37,808 nucleotides of DNA from Pirellulales bacterium (GTDB lineage Bacteria; Planctomycetota; Planctomycetia; Pirellulales; PALSA-1355). Position numbers and translations under genes: made by a program. Shown in pieces: positions 16,943 through 25,188 of this stretch (position 1 is the stretch's first letter; every line of letters starts with the position of its first letter). The notes under the pieces are model-generated. The model ran no database searches and had not been told where the DNA came from. It worked only from the letters and a program-made list of their open reading frames with translations. The stretch covers positions 1 through 37,808 of the forward strand of contig JBBDYK010000145.1 in NCBI GenBank assembly GCA_040901665.1, given 5' to 3'.

Positions 16943-17001
16943 GTAGCTGAATTCGCAAGAATTCAGCCTGGACGCTACTGAATTCTTGCGAATTCAGCTA
17001 C
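16943..17001. terminator. 24-bp perfect inverted repeat (hairpin, 11-nt loop) between convergent genes; likely bidirectional terminator
   Basis: Left arm 16943-16966 (GTAGCTGAATTCGCAAGAATTCAG) is the exact reverse complement of right arm 16978-17001. It lies 4 nt after the ACAD stop and 21 nt before the permease stop. There is no flanking T-run. Confidence 0.6.
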
Positions 17002-17021
17002 CCGTTGAAATCCATCCCCCG

Positions 17022-18413
17022 CTACATCAATCCCCAGGCCGGCACCAGTCGAAACAGCGCAATCGCCAACGCCGTGCCAGCCAGGGGAATGAGCAAGGTC
17101 GTGACGAACACCGGGCCATACGCGCGGGCATGCGTTTCGCCGCAGACGTTGCGGATCAGCATCACGATATAACCGTTGGCGGGCAGCGAATCGAGCGAGC
17201 CAGACGCGATCGCCACCACGCGGTGCAACGCTCGCGGCGCCACCCCCAATTGATCGACGAAGATCGGCTTGATGATCGGCAGCGCCAAGCCTTGTCCGCC
17301 GGAAGCGCTGCCCGCCATGCCGGCGATCACGGCGACGGCCAGCGCCGCGCCGATCAACGGATCGCCCGGGACGTTGGTCACCCAGTCCACCATCCGCTCG
17401 AAGGCCGGCAAGCCCTGCATCGCCGAACCAAAGCCGACGACCGAGCAGGTGGCGCCGATGGCAATCAGCCCGTTGCCAAAGCCCTCGGCCAGCGATCGAC
17501 CCGCCGAGACGAACGGCCACAGGCAAATGAGCGCCGTCAGCACGCCGGCAAAGATCGCCACGGTCGGATCGGCGGGAAACGCCGCCCACAATCGCGGCGC
17601 CACGTTGAGCGCCAAGAGCGTCACGATCAACGGCGCCAGCGCTGCGCCCAATCGCGGCAACCGCTCGATATCAGTCGCGCGTTCCGTGCTTGACATCTCA
17701 CCCTCGGGCACGTCGCCCGCAGCGCCGGTCGCAGCACCGCTGCGAAGGTCGCGGGCAATGGCCCAATCGAGATACCATTGCCCGGCTGCGAACATCAGCC
17801 CCGCCACGATCAGGCTCACGGGCCAGCCTGCCAATGCGTCGGTCAGCGGCTCCCCGGTCGAAGCGTCGATCAGGTACTGAATTGGAATCAGGTTCTGGAT
17901 CTCCGGCGATCCGGCCGAGGTCATCGTAAACGTCACGCTGCCGAAAGCGATCGCCGCAGGAATGAAGCGATGCGGCAGCTTCGCCTCGCGAAACAACCGT
18001 GCGGCCAGCGGGTACACCGAGAATCCCACCACGAATAGCGACACGCCGCCATAGGTCAGCACCGCGCAGGCCAGCACCACGGCCAGGCACGCTCGCTGCG
18101 GCCCTAGCACGCGCACCACGGCCTGCGCAATGCGTGCCGCGGCGCCCGAGTGTTCCATCAGCTTGCCGAAACTCGCGCCCAGCGCAAAGATCAAATAGAA
18201 CCGCCGCAGATAGTCGGCGAAGCCCACCATGTACCGCCCGGTCATGCCTTCCACCGGATCGGCACCGCTGAACACCAGCACCATCAAGGCGCAAAACGGC
18301 GCCACCACGAAGATGCTCTGGCCGCGATAGACCAGCACGGTCAACAGCAGCAGCCCGCCCACGAGCACCGCCAGACCGTAGCCGGCATTGAGGACTTCCA
18401 TTCGGCGATCCAT
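17022..18413 (-). CDS. GntP-family (gluconate:H+ symporter-like) organic-anion permease
   Basis: Polytopic 463-aa protein. It has the pattern FALGASFGKLMEHSGAAARIA....YGGVSLFVVGF..YPLA..LF..A.LP.RFIPAAIAFGSVTFTMT, which I associate with COG2610/GntP-type permeases. Confidence 0.6.
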   Translation of the reverse strand: MDRRMEVLNAGYGLAVLVGGLLLLTVLVYRGQSIFVVAPFCALMVLVFSGADPVEGMTGRYMVGFADYLRRFYLIFALGASFGKLMEHSGAAARIAQAVVRVLGPQRACLAVVLACAVLTYGGVSLFVVGFSVYPLAARLFREAKLPHRFIPAAIAFGSVTFTMTSAGSPEIQNLIPIQYLIDASTGEPLTDALAGWPVSLIVAGLMFAAGQWYLDWAIARDLRSGAATGAAGDVPEGEMSSTERATDIERLPRLGAALAPLIVTLLALNVAPRLWAAFPADPTVAIFAGVLTALICLWPFVSAGRSLAEGFGNGLIAIGATCSVVGFGSAMQGLPAFERMVDWVTNVPGDPLIGAALAVAVIAGMAGSASGGQGLALPIIKPIFVDQLGVAPRALHRVVAIASGSLDSLPANGYIVMLIRNVCGETHARAYGPVFVTTLLIPLAGTALAIALFRLVPAWGLM

Positions 18414-18691
18414 CAGCGACTGATGATTTGGACTACTGGCATAGCAGCGTACCGGCGGCTATCTGCCAGCACAACCAACCCGCAGGCGCTCGGGGGCAAA
18501 CATCCAGCGGCCAGCGTCCCGGCCGTCGGGCGCTTGTTTCCGGGCAGCGGCTGGTTTAGATTTGACGTGCTCGCAGGATGGGATTTGTCCGCACGCAGCG
18601 GCCGAACCCATCTTCCCCCGTCGAGATTGCACTGCATGCGAGCGGTCAGTGTGCCCGACTCTGGGTTTCGCAGATGGAGTGACTCTCGATC

Positions 18692-21145
18692 ATGCGTCGT
18701 CTTGTCGCACTGTTGGTGATCGTCTCCGCGTTCGTTTCGCTGGCTTCGGCCGAAGAGTCCGCTCCCGCGCCCCAGATTCCGGGTTGGGTCGCGCGCGGCA
18801 GCGCCTGGCATCCGGCCGAGCCCTATGCCGAAGGTCAACCGCGCGCCACCAGCCTGCAGTTGCCCTTTCCCAAGATGCGCTCGTTGGAAAGTAATTCCAT
18901 GTCGCCCGAGAAGGTGGCGCTGGGCAAGCTGCTGTTCTTCGATCCGCTGCTCAGCGGCCAGAACACGATCTCTTGTGCCCACTGCCACCATCCCGACCAT
19001 GGCATGGCCGACGGCCGCAAGCTGAGCATGGGCTTCGGCGGCACGGGTGTCGGGCCCGAGCGCACCGGCGGCGACGTGCTGGGCCGCAGTGCGCCCAGTC
19101 TCTGGAACGCCGCCTACTACAAATGGCAGTTCTGGGACGGCCGCGCCGACGATCTCGAAGCGCAGGCTGCCGGACCCATCACCAACGAGCACGAGATGGG
19201 CGAGAAGCCCGAGACGCTGGTCAAGGAGCTGCGCGACAACCCCGAGTACGTCGCGCTGTTTCAAAAGGTGTACGGCGGCAGCACGGACGAAGCAGTGACG
19301 TTCGAAAACACCTGTCGCGCGATCGCCGCCTTCGAGCGCACCCTGCTGTCGTTCAACTCCAAGTTCGATCGCTATACGGCCGGCGACACCACGGCGCTCA
19401 ACGAGCAGGAACGTAGCGGCATGCGGCTGTTTCGGTCGCTCAAGACGCGCTGCTTCGAATGCCACAACTTTCCCACCTTCGCCGACGATAGCTTCCGCGT
19501 GATCGGCGTGCCGGACAACGGGCCCCACGACCCGGGCCGCGCCGGCGTGCCGAACGAAGGCCCCGACGGCGCGTTCAAGACCACCAGCCTGCGCAACATC
19601 GAGCTCACCGCTCCGTACATGCACAACGGCGCGTTCAACAGGCTTGAGGAAGTCATCAAGTTCTATGCCAAGGGAGGCGGCCGCGGCGAACCGAATCCCG
19701 TCGACGGCATCGACGACAAAATCGGCAAGTTCGACATCACCGACGCCGAAGTGGCCGACCTGGTGGCCTTCTTGAAAGCCCTCACCGATACCTCGCTGCA
19801 ACCGGTTCCGCCGGAGCAAGTGCCCAGCGGCTTGCCGATCGTCGCAGTGAAAACCAGGCCGATGCCGGCGACCCCAGCGTCGACTCCCGCGGCGGTCGCC
19901 GTGGCCGGCGCGCCCGCTTCGCGTCCGGCGACATCCTCCCCACCCGCCGCCGCCGCGCGGCCCGCGCAGCCGCTCACCGGCTTCTCCGACGGCAATCTCA
20001 ACCGCACGGCCGAGCGCGCCGTGCTGAGCATCGCCTCGGCGCGCAGCGCTTCGGCTGCGGCCGGCCCCTGGGTCGGCGCCGCGAGCGTCGCCGCCACGTT
20101 CACCGTGCGCCCCGGTCAATCGATTCAAGCCGCCGTCGATCGCTGCCGTGCCGGTGATCGCGTGCTGCTCGAACCGGGCGTCTATCAACAAACGGTCGTC
20201 ATCGACACCGACGGCATCACGCTCTCTGGCGTCAATCGCCAGGGCGAGCGCCCCGTGCTCGACGGCGGCGGCACGCTGGCCGACGCCGTGCAAGGCTCCG
20301 GCGGCAACCTGCTCATCGCAGGGCTCACCATTCGCAATTATGTCGGCAACGGCATCATGGTCAGCAAGGCCAAGAACGTCGCCTTCCGCAACCTGGTCAT
20401 CGAAAACTCCGGCTTGTACGGCGTCTACCCCGTCGAGTGTACCGGCGTGCTGGTCGAAGGCTGCACGGTCAGCGGCATTCGCGACGCGGGCATCTATGTC
20501 GGCAGCAGCCGCGACGTCGTCGTTCGCAATAACGAGGTCTACAACAACGTGGCCGGCATCGAGATCGAAAACTCCGTCGGCTCGCTGGTGGAGAACAACA
20601 GTGCCCACCACAATACTACCGGCATCCTGGTGTTCGCGCTGCCGAACAATCCCGTGAAGGAGTGCCGCGATACGCGCGTGATCAACAACCGCGTGTGGGC
20701 CAATAACCACGAGAACTTTGCCAAGCCCGGCACCACCGTGGCCAATCTGGCGCCGGGCGTGGGTATCGTGGTGATGGCCGCCGACCGCACCGAAGTGACC
20801 CAGAACCGCATCAGCGAGAACGACTCGTACGGCATCGTGGTGGTCTCGCTCGCCGCCGCGCGGCTGCCGGCCCGGCGCACGGTTGACGTCGAGCCCAACT
20901 CGGACCAGACGCTGATCGTGGCCAACCAGTACGAGAACAACGGCCGTCACGCGCACCAGTTGTTCGCCCAAGTGCTCAAGGCGCCCGGCGGCGATCTATT
21001 CTGGGATGGCAGCGGCGCCGGCAACGATTGGCGCGAGAGTCGCAATCTAGCGACGTTTCCCCAAGATCTACTCGGACCCGCCGGTCCGTCCAGTGCGCAA
21101 ACTACTCCCGTGCAAACCAATTCATCGGCAGGAGGTTCCAAATGA
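18692..21145 (+). CDS. secreted di-haem cytochrome c peroxidase/MauG-family domain fused by a Pro/Ala linker to a right-handed parallel beta-helix (NosD/CASH-like) domain
   Basis: The signal peptide is MRRLVALLVIVSAFVSLASA. There are two CxxCH motifs (CAHCHH, CFECHN), plus FWDGRADDLEAQAAGPI and the PYMHNGAF Met-ligand context. The linker runs about 19844-20098. After it come repeated ~22-aa rungs (N.V.N....G....S....V..N). Confidence 0.85.
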   Translation: MRRLVALLVIVSAFVSLASAEESAPAPQIPGWVARGSAWHPAEPYAEGQPRATSLQLPFPKMRSLESNSMSPEKVALGKLLFFDPLLSGQNTISCAHCHHPDHGMADGRKLSMGFGGTGVGPERTGGDVLGRSAPSLWNAAYYKWQFWDGRADDLEAQAAGPITNEHEMGEKPETLVKELRDNPEYVALFQKVYGGSTDEAVTFENTCRAIAAFERTLLSFNSKFDRYTAGDTTALNEQERSGMRLFRSLKTRCFECHNFPTFADDSFRVIGVPDNGPHDPGRAGVPNEGPDGAFKTTSLRNIELTAPYMHNGAFNRLEEVIKFYAKGGGRGEPNPVDGIDDKIGKFDITDAEVADLVAFLKALTDTSLQPVPPEQVPSGLPIVAVKTRPMPATPASTPAAVAVAGAPASRPATSSPPAAAARPAQPLTGFSDGNLNRTAERAVLSIASARSASAAAGPWVGAASVAATFTVRPGQSIQAAVDRCRAGDRVLLEPGVYQQTVVIDTDGITLSGVNRQGERPVLDGGGTLADAVQGSGGNLLIAGLTIRNYVGNGIMVSKAKNVAFRNLVIENSGLYGVYPVECTGVLVEGCTVSGIRDAGIYVGSSRDVVVRNNEVYNNVAGIEIENSVGSLVENNSAHHNTTGILVFALPNNPVKECRDTRVINNRVWANNHENFAKPGTTVANLAPGVGIVVMAADRTEVTQNRISENDSYGIVVVSLAAARLPARRTVDVEPNSDQTLIVANQYENNGRHAHQLFAQVLKAPGGDLFWDGSGAGNDWRESRNLATFPQDLLGPAGPSSAQTTPVQTNSSAGGSK

Positions 21146-22290
21146 AACGCTCGTTGAAATGTATCGCGCCGGCCGCTCTCGTGGTACTCTCGCTAGTGAC
21201 CATCTCCGCCCGGGCTGAAGAGGAAAAGTATCCCGCGCGCAACGCGCAGGCGCCGGCCGTCGGTCCGCAGACCGTGCGCGGCACATTCACCGTGGCGCCG
21301 GGACAATCGATCCAAGCGGCCGTCGATCGGGCTCGCCCCGGCGACCGCATCGAAGTGCTGCCCGGCACGTATAGCGAGAGTGTCACCATCGATTTCGACG
21401 ACATCGAGCTGGTCGGCGTCGTGCAAAACGGCGAGCGGCCCGTTCTCGATGGCAAGACCACCATGAATGACGCCGTGATCACCTCGGGAAATAACTTCGT
21501 CATCTCCGGCTTTGAAATTCGCGACTACAAGGGCAACGGCGTCGTCGTCAGCCAGGCCAAGAACGCCACCTTCAAGAATCTGGTCTGTCACAACACGGGC
21601 AAGTACGGCGTCTATCCCGTGCTCTGCCAGGGCGTGCTGGTCGAAAACTGCGTCGTGTCCGACGTGTGGGACGCCGGCGTCTATGCCGGACAGTGCCAGG
21701 ACGTCGTGATCCAGAATTGTGAGGGCTATCGCAATACCATCGGCATCGAAACCGAGAACTGCGTCAACGTGGTGATGGCAAACAACTCGGCCCACGACAA
21801 TTCGCTGGGCCTGCTGGTCGTGCTGCTGCCCGATTTGCCCACCACCATCGCCACCAACGCGCGCGTGATCAACAACCGCGTCACCAACAACAACTACCCC
21901 AACCTGGCGCCGCAGGGCAACATGGTCAGCATGGTCGAGCCCGGTAACGGCATCGTCATCAACGCGGCCGACAACACGGAAGTGACCAAGAACGAAGTGC
22001 GCGGCAACGGCTCCTATGGCATCGCCATGTATGCGTTGACCGACGTGTTTCCACCCGACCGCAAGCTGAACGTCGAGCCCAATCCCGACCGCAATTTCAT
22101 CCACGACAACAAGCTCTCGGACAACGGCGGCAACGTTTCGAAGCGCTTGGGCTCGCTGGGCGCCACCGGCGGCGATCTGTTCTGGAGCGGCAAAGGCGCC
22201 GGCAACGGCTGGAACGAGGCCACCGACAAAACGTTCCCCGAGAAGCTGCCCGGCTGGGGCGGAGTGCCGGCAGCAGGCGGCGGAGATTGA
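21142..22290 (+). CDS. secreted right-handed parallel beta-helix repeat protein, paralogue of the C-terminal domain of the preceding gene
   Basis: ATG 21142 overlaps the upstream stop (ATGA at 21142-21145), and GGAGG at 21131-21135 lies 6 nt upstream. The signal peptide is MKRSLKCIAPAALVVLSLVTISARA. Long stretches align without gaps to residues ~470-800 of the upstream protein (FTVAPGQSIQAAVDRARPGDRI vs FTVRPGQSIQAAVDRCRAGDRV). Confidence 0.85.
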   Translation: MKRSLKCIAPAALVVLSLVTISARAEEEKYPARNAQAPAVGPQTVRGTFTVAPGQSIQAAVDRARPGDRIEVLPGTYSESVTIDFDDIELVGVVQNGERPVLDGKTTMNDAVITSGNNFVISGFEIRDYKGNGVVVSQAKNATFKNLVCHNTGKYGVYPVLCQGVLVENCVVSDVWDAGVYAGQCQDVVIQNCEGYRNTIGIETENCVNVVMANNSAHDNSLGLLVVLLPDLPTTIATNARVINNRVTNNNYPNLAPQGNMVSMVEPGNGIVINAADNTEVTKNEVRGNGSYGIAMYALTDVFPPDRKLNVEPNPDRNFIHDNKLSDNGGNVSKRLGSLGATGGDLFWSGKGAGNGWNEATDKTFPEKLPGWGGVPAAGGGD

Positions 22291-22433
22291 TGCGACGCTT
22301 TATCGACTCCACGACGACCGCGAACTTCCGATTCGCGGCGCACGGCCACACCTGGTGCTGCGCGCCGCGGATCGGCGTGGCTTTACCCGCTTGATCCCTG
22401 CCGAATGCCAACCCTCCACCAAGGACAGCTACG

Positions 22434-24575
22434 ATGCGCCAGCGCACCCGATTCTTGGCACTTCCCGCCGCGCTCTTGCTGATGACGATCAACGCAACGG
22501 CCGCCGAGCGCGCCGCTAGCTCGGCATATCCCGATGCTCCCACGGCCGACGTGGTCGACGATTACCACGGCACGCGCGTGCCCGATTTGTATCGCCCGCT
22601 GGAAGATCCCGATGCGCCCCAATCGCGCGCCTGGATCGACGCCGAGAACAAGATCACGTTCGCCTTCCTCGAAGGCATTCCCGCCCGCGAGCCGCTCAAA
22701 GAGCGCCTGACCAGGCTGTGGGACTACGAAAAGTTCGGCGTGCCGTCGCGCGAGGGCAGGCGCTACTTCCTCACCCGCAATAGCGGACTGCAGAACCAAA
22801 GCGTGCTCTACACGCTCTCGTCGTTGGATGCCGAGCCGAAAGTGCTGCTCGACCCCAACACGCTATCGAAGGATGGCACCGTGGCATTGTCCGGATTGGC
22901 GATCAGCGAAGACGGCAGCAAGATGGCCTATGCGTTGGCCGATGCCGGCAGCGATTGGATCACCTGGCACGTCCGCAACGTGGCCAGCGGCCTGGACACC
23001 GACGACATCGTGCGCTGGAGCAAGTTCTCCGGCGCCAGTTGGACCAAGGACGGCGCGGGCTTCTTCTATGGACGCTATCCCGAGCCCAAGGAAGGCGAAG
23101 ACTTGCTGGCCTCGAACTATTTTCAAAAGCTCTACTACCACAAGCTGGGCACGCCGCAAGCCGACGACGCGCTGATCTATGAAACGCCCGACCACAAGGA
23201 GTGGCACTACTCGAACCAGGTCAGCGACGACGGCAAATACCTGATCATCGGCGTGGCTCGCAGCACCGAAGACGTCAACATGCTGCTCTACAAGCGGCTG
23301 GCCGAGGCCGATGCGCCGCTGGTCCCGCTCATCGACAACTTCGACGCCGGCTACGAGTTCATCGACAACGACGGCCCCGTGTTCTACCTCAAGACCAATC
23401 GCAACGCTCCGCGCAGCCGCGTCATCGCCATCGACACGCGCAAGCCGGCCGAAGAGCACTGGCAAGAGTTGATTCCGCAAGCCGACGAGCCGCTCACCGC
23501 CGCCAGCCTGGTCGGCGGTCGCCTGTTTGCCACCTACTTGAAAGACGCCCACTCGCAAGTCAAGGTGTTCGATCCGGCCGGCAAGTTCGAGCGCGAGGTG
23601 AAATTCCCAGGGCTAGGCACCGTCAGCGGTTTCGATGGCAAGCGTTCCGACAAGGAAACGTTCTACAGCTTCACTTCGTTCACCGTGCCCGACACGATCT
23701 ATCGCTACGACGTGGCCAGTGGCAAAAGCAGCGTCTTTCGCGCGCCGCAGGTGGATTTCAAGCCCGAGGACTACACTACCCAACAGGTTTTCTACGCCAG
23801 CAAAGACGGCACCAAGGTGCCGATGTTCATCAGCTATAAGAAGGGCCTGGCGAAGAACGGACAGACTGCCACGTTCCTGTACGGCTACGGCGGCTTCAAT
23901 ATTCCGATTACGCCGGCCTTCAGCGTGGCCAACCTGGTATGGATGGAAATGGGGGGCGTGTTTGCCGTGCCGAACCTGCGCGGGGGCGGCGAGTACGGCG
24001 AGGAGTGGCACAAGGCCGGCACCAAGCTGCAAAAGCAAAACGTGTTCGATGACTTCATCGCCGCGGCCGAGTGGCTCATCGCCCACAAGTACACTTCCAC
24101 GCCCAAGCTGGCCATCGGCGGCGGATCCAACGGCGGATTGCTGGTGGGCGCTTGCCTGACGCAGCGTCCCGATCTTTTCGGCGGCACGCTGCCGGCCGTG
24201 GGCGTGCTCGACATGCTGCGCTTCCACAAGTTCACCATCGGCCACGCCTGGGTCGACGACTACGGCTCGAGCGACAACGCCGACGAGTTTGCGGCGCTCT
24301 ATAAGTACTCGCCCCTGCACGCCATCAAGAGCGGCACGTGTTATCCGCCCACCATGATCACCACGGCCGATCACGACGACCGCGTGGTGCCGGCGCACAG
24401 CTTCAAGTTCGCCGCCGCGCTGCAAGCCGCGCAAGGCTGCGACAAGCCGATCCTGATCCGCATCGAAACCCGCGCCGGCCACGGCGCCGGCAAGCCCACC
24501 AGCAAGCGCATCGAAGAGGCCGCCGACCGCTGGGCCTTTCTGGTGAAAGTGCTGGGAATTGACTGGCCGGGATAG
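22434..24575 (+). CDS. prolyl oligopeptidase (peptidase S9A), secreted
   Basis: Signal-like N-terminus. The N-terminal propeller pattern is DDYHGTRVPDLYRPLED. The catalytic Ser is in GGSNGGLL, the Asp in TADHDDRV and the His in RAGHGAG. Confidence 0.9.
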   Translation: MRQRTRFLALPAALLLMTINATAAERAASSAYPDAPTADVVDDYHGTRVPDLYRPLEDPDAPQSRAWIDAENKITFAFLEGIPAREPLKERLTRLWDYEKFGVPSREGRRYFLTRNSGLQNQSVLYTLSSLDAEPKVLLDPNTLSKDGTVALSGLAISEDGSKMAYALADAGSDWITWHVRNVASGLDTDDIVRWSKFSGASWTKDGAGFFYGRYPEPKEGEDLLASNYFQKLYYHKLGTPQADDALIYETPDHKEWHYSNQVSDDGKYLIIGVARSTEDVNMLLYKRLAEADAPLVPLIDNFDAGYEFIDNDGPVFYLKTNRNAPRSRVIAIDTRKPAEEHWQELIPQADEPLTAASLVGGRLFATYLKDAHSQVKVFDPAGKFEREVKFPGLGTVSGFDGKRSDKETFYSFTSFTVPDTIYRYDVASGKSSVFRAPQVDFKPEDYTTQQVFYASKDGTKVPMFISYKKGLAKNGQTATFLYGYGGFNIPITPAFSVANLVWMEMGGVFAVPNLRGGGEYGEEWHKAGTKLQKQNVFDDFIAAAEWLIAHKYTSTPKLAIGGGSNGGLLVGACLTQRPDLFGGTLPAVGVLDMLRFHKFTIGHAWVDDYGSSDNADEFAALYKYSPLHAIKSGTCYPPTMITTADHDDRVVPAHSFKFAAALQAAQGCDKPILIRIETRAGHGAGKPTSKRIEEAADRWAFLVKVLGIDWPG

Positions 24576-24662
24576 TGGCTTCTGATATAGCTTGTGTGAG
24601 CGCTTGGGCTCGGTCAAGAGGTACTCTGCGCGATCAGTATTACATCTCCCCATTGCAACCGC

Positions 24663-25088
24663 ATGCACATGGATCAACTTAATTGGCTTGTCAACCATCG
24701 CTTCCAAGAGGCGCTAAGGTATGAGTTTAGTTGGGCATTCGTGTTCGACGAGGGTGCCAGCGCGACCGTGGAATGCCTCTGGCGGCTTGTTGAAAACGGC
24801 CGAATTCGCGTCACCAGTCAGGATGACGGCCATCAATTTGGCCTGCCGGCGGCCATCGATGGTGTTCTTGAAGTAAACCAAAGGCTTACTGGCGCGATGG
24901 TTGACTCCGTTGCTTTGAGCGAAGGATCGCTAGATTTGGAGATTCGATTCGACACCGGTCACGCTCTTCAGTTTATCGCGGTCTCGTCGGGGTACGAGGC
25001 GTGGAGCATGAATGATCGGTCGCGACAATTTATTGCAGTTGGCGGTGGTGAACTGGCTGTGGTAGGAAAGAACTCGAGCGAGGCGTGA
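24663..25088 (+). CDS. hypothetical small protein (141 aa), low-GC orphan; immunity-protein-like pattern
   Basis: AT-richer than its neighbours: line 24661-24720 is 29/60 G+C by hand count. The pattern W.F.F......ECLWRL...GRI..TS.D..Q.FG ... LDLEIRFD.GH.L......SGYEAW resembles small beta-rich DUF6188/immunity-type proteins as I remember them. This is weak. Confidence 0.5.
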   Translation: MHMDQLNWLVNHRFQEALRYEFSWAFVFDEGASATVECLWRLVENGRIRVTSQDDGHQFGLPAAIDGVLEVNQRLTGAMVDSVALSEGSLDLEIRFDTGHALQFIAVSSGYEAWSMNDRSRQFIAVGGGELAVVGKNSSEA

Positions 25089-25114
25089 TACTGTCGCGAC
25101 TCGATTTCAAACTG

Positions 25115-25132
25115 GCTCACACCGGTGTGAGC
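25115..25132. repeat. 18-nt perfect palindrome between convergent genes
   Basis: GCTCACACCGGTGTGAGC reads identically on both strands. It lies between the stop of 24663..25088(+) and the stop of the DUF885 gene (-). There is no T-run. Confidence 0.4.
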
Positions 25133-25188
25133 ATGCTCACCCACCGCTTTCGCGGCGTGTGAACATGGCACCCATCGCGGTGGGTCTC

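Noticed and set aside
18413-20971. 852-aa ORF antisense to the peroxidase/beta-helix gene. Similar antisense ORFs are 21193..22104, 22863..23558 and 23613..24707.
   Set aside because: They have junk-like composition (runs of G/A/R/V/D) and no start context. Each is fully covered by a plus-strand gene with clear domain signatures.
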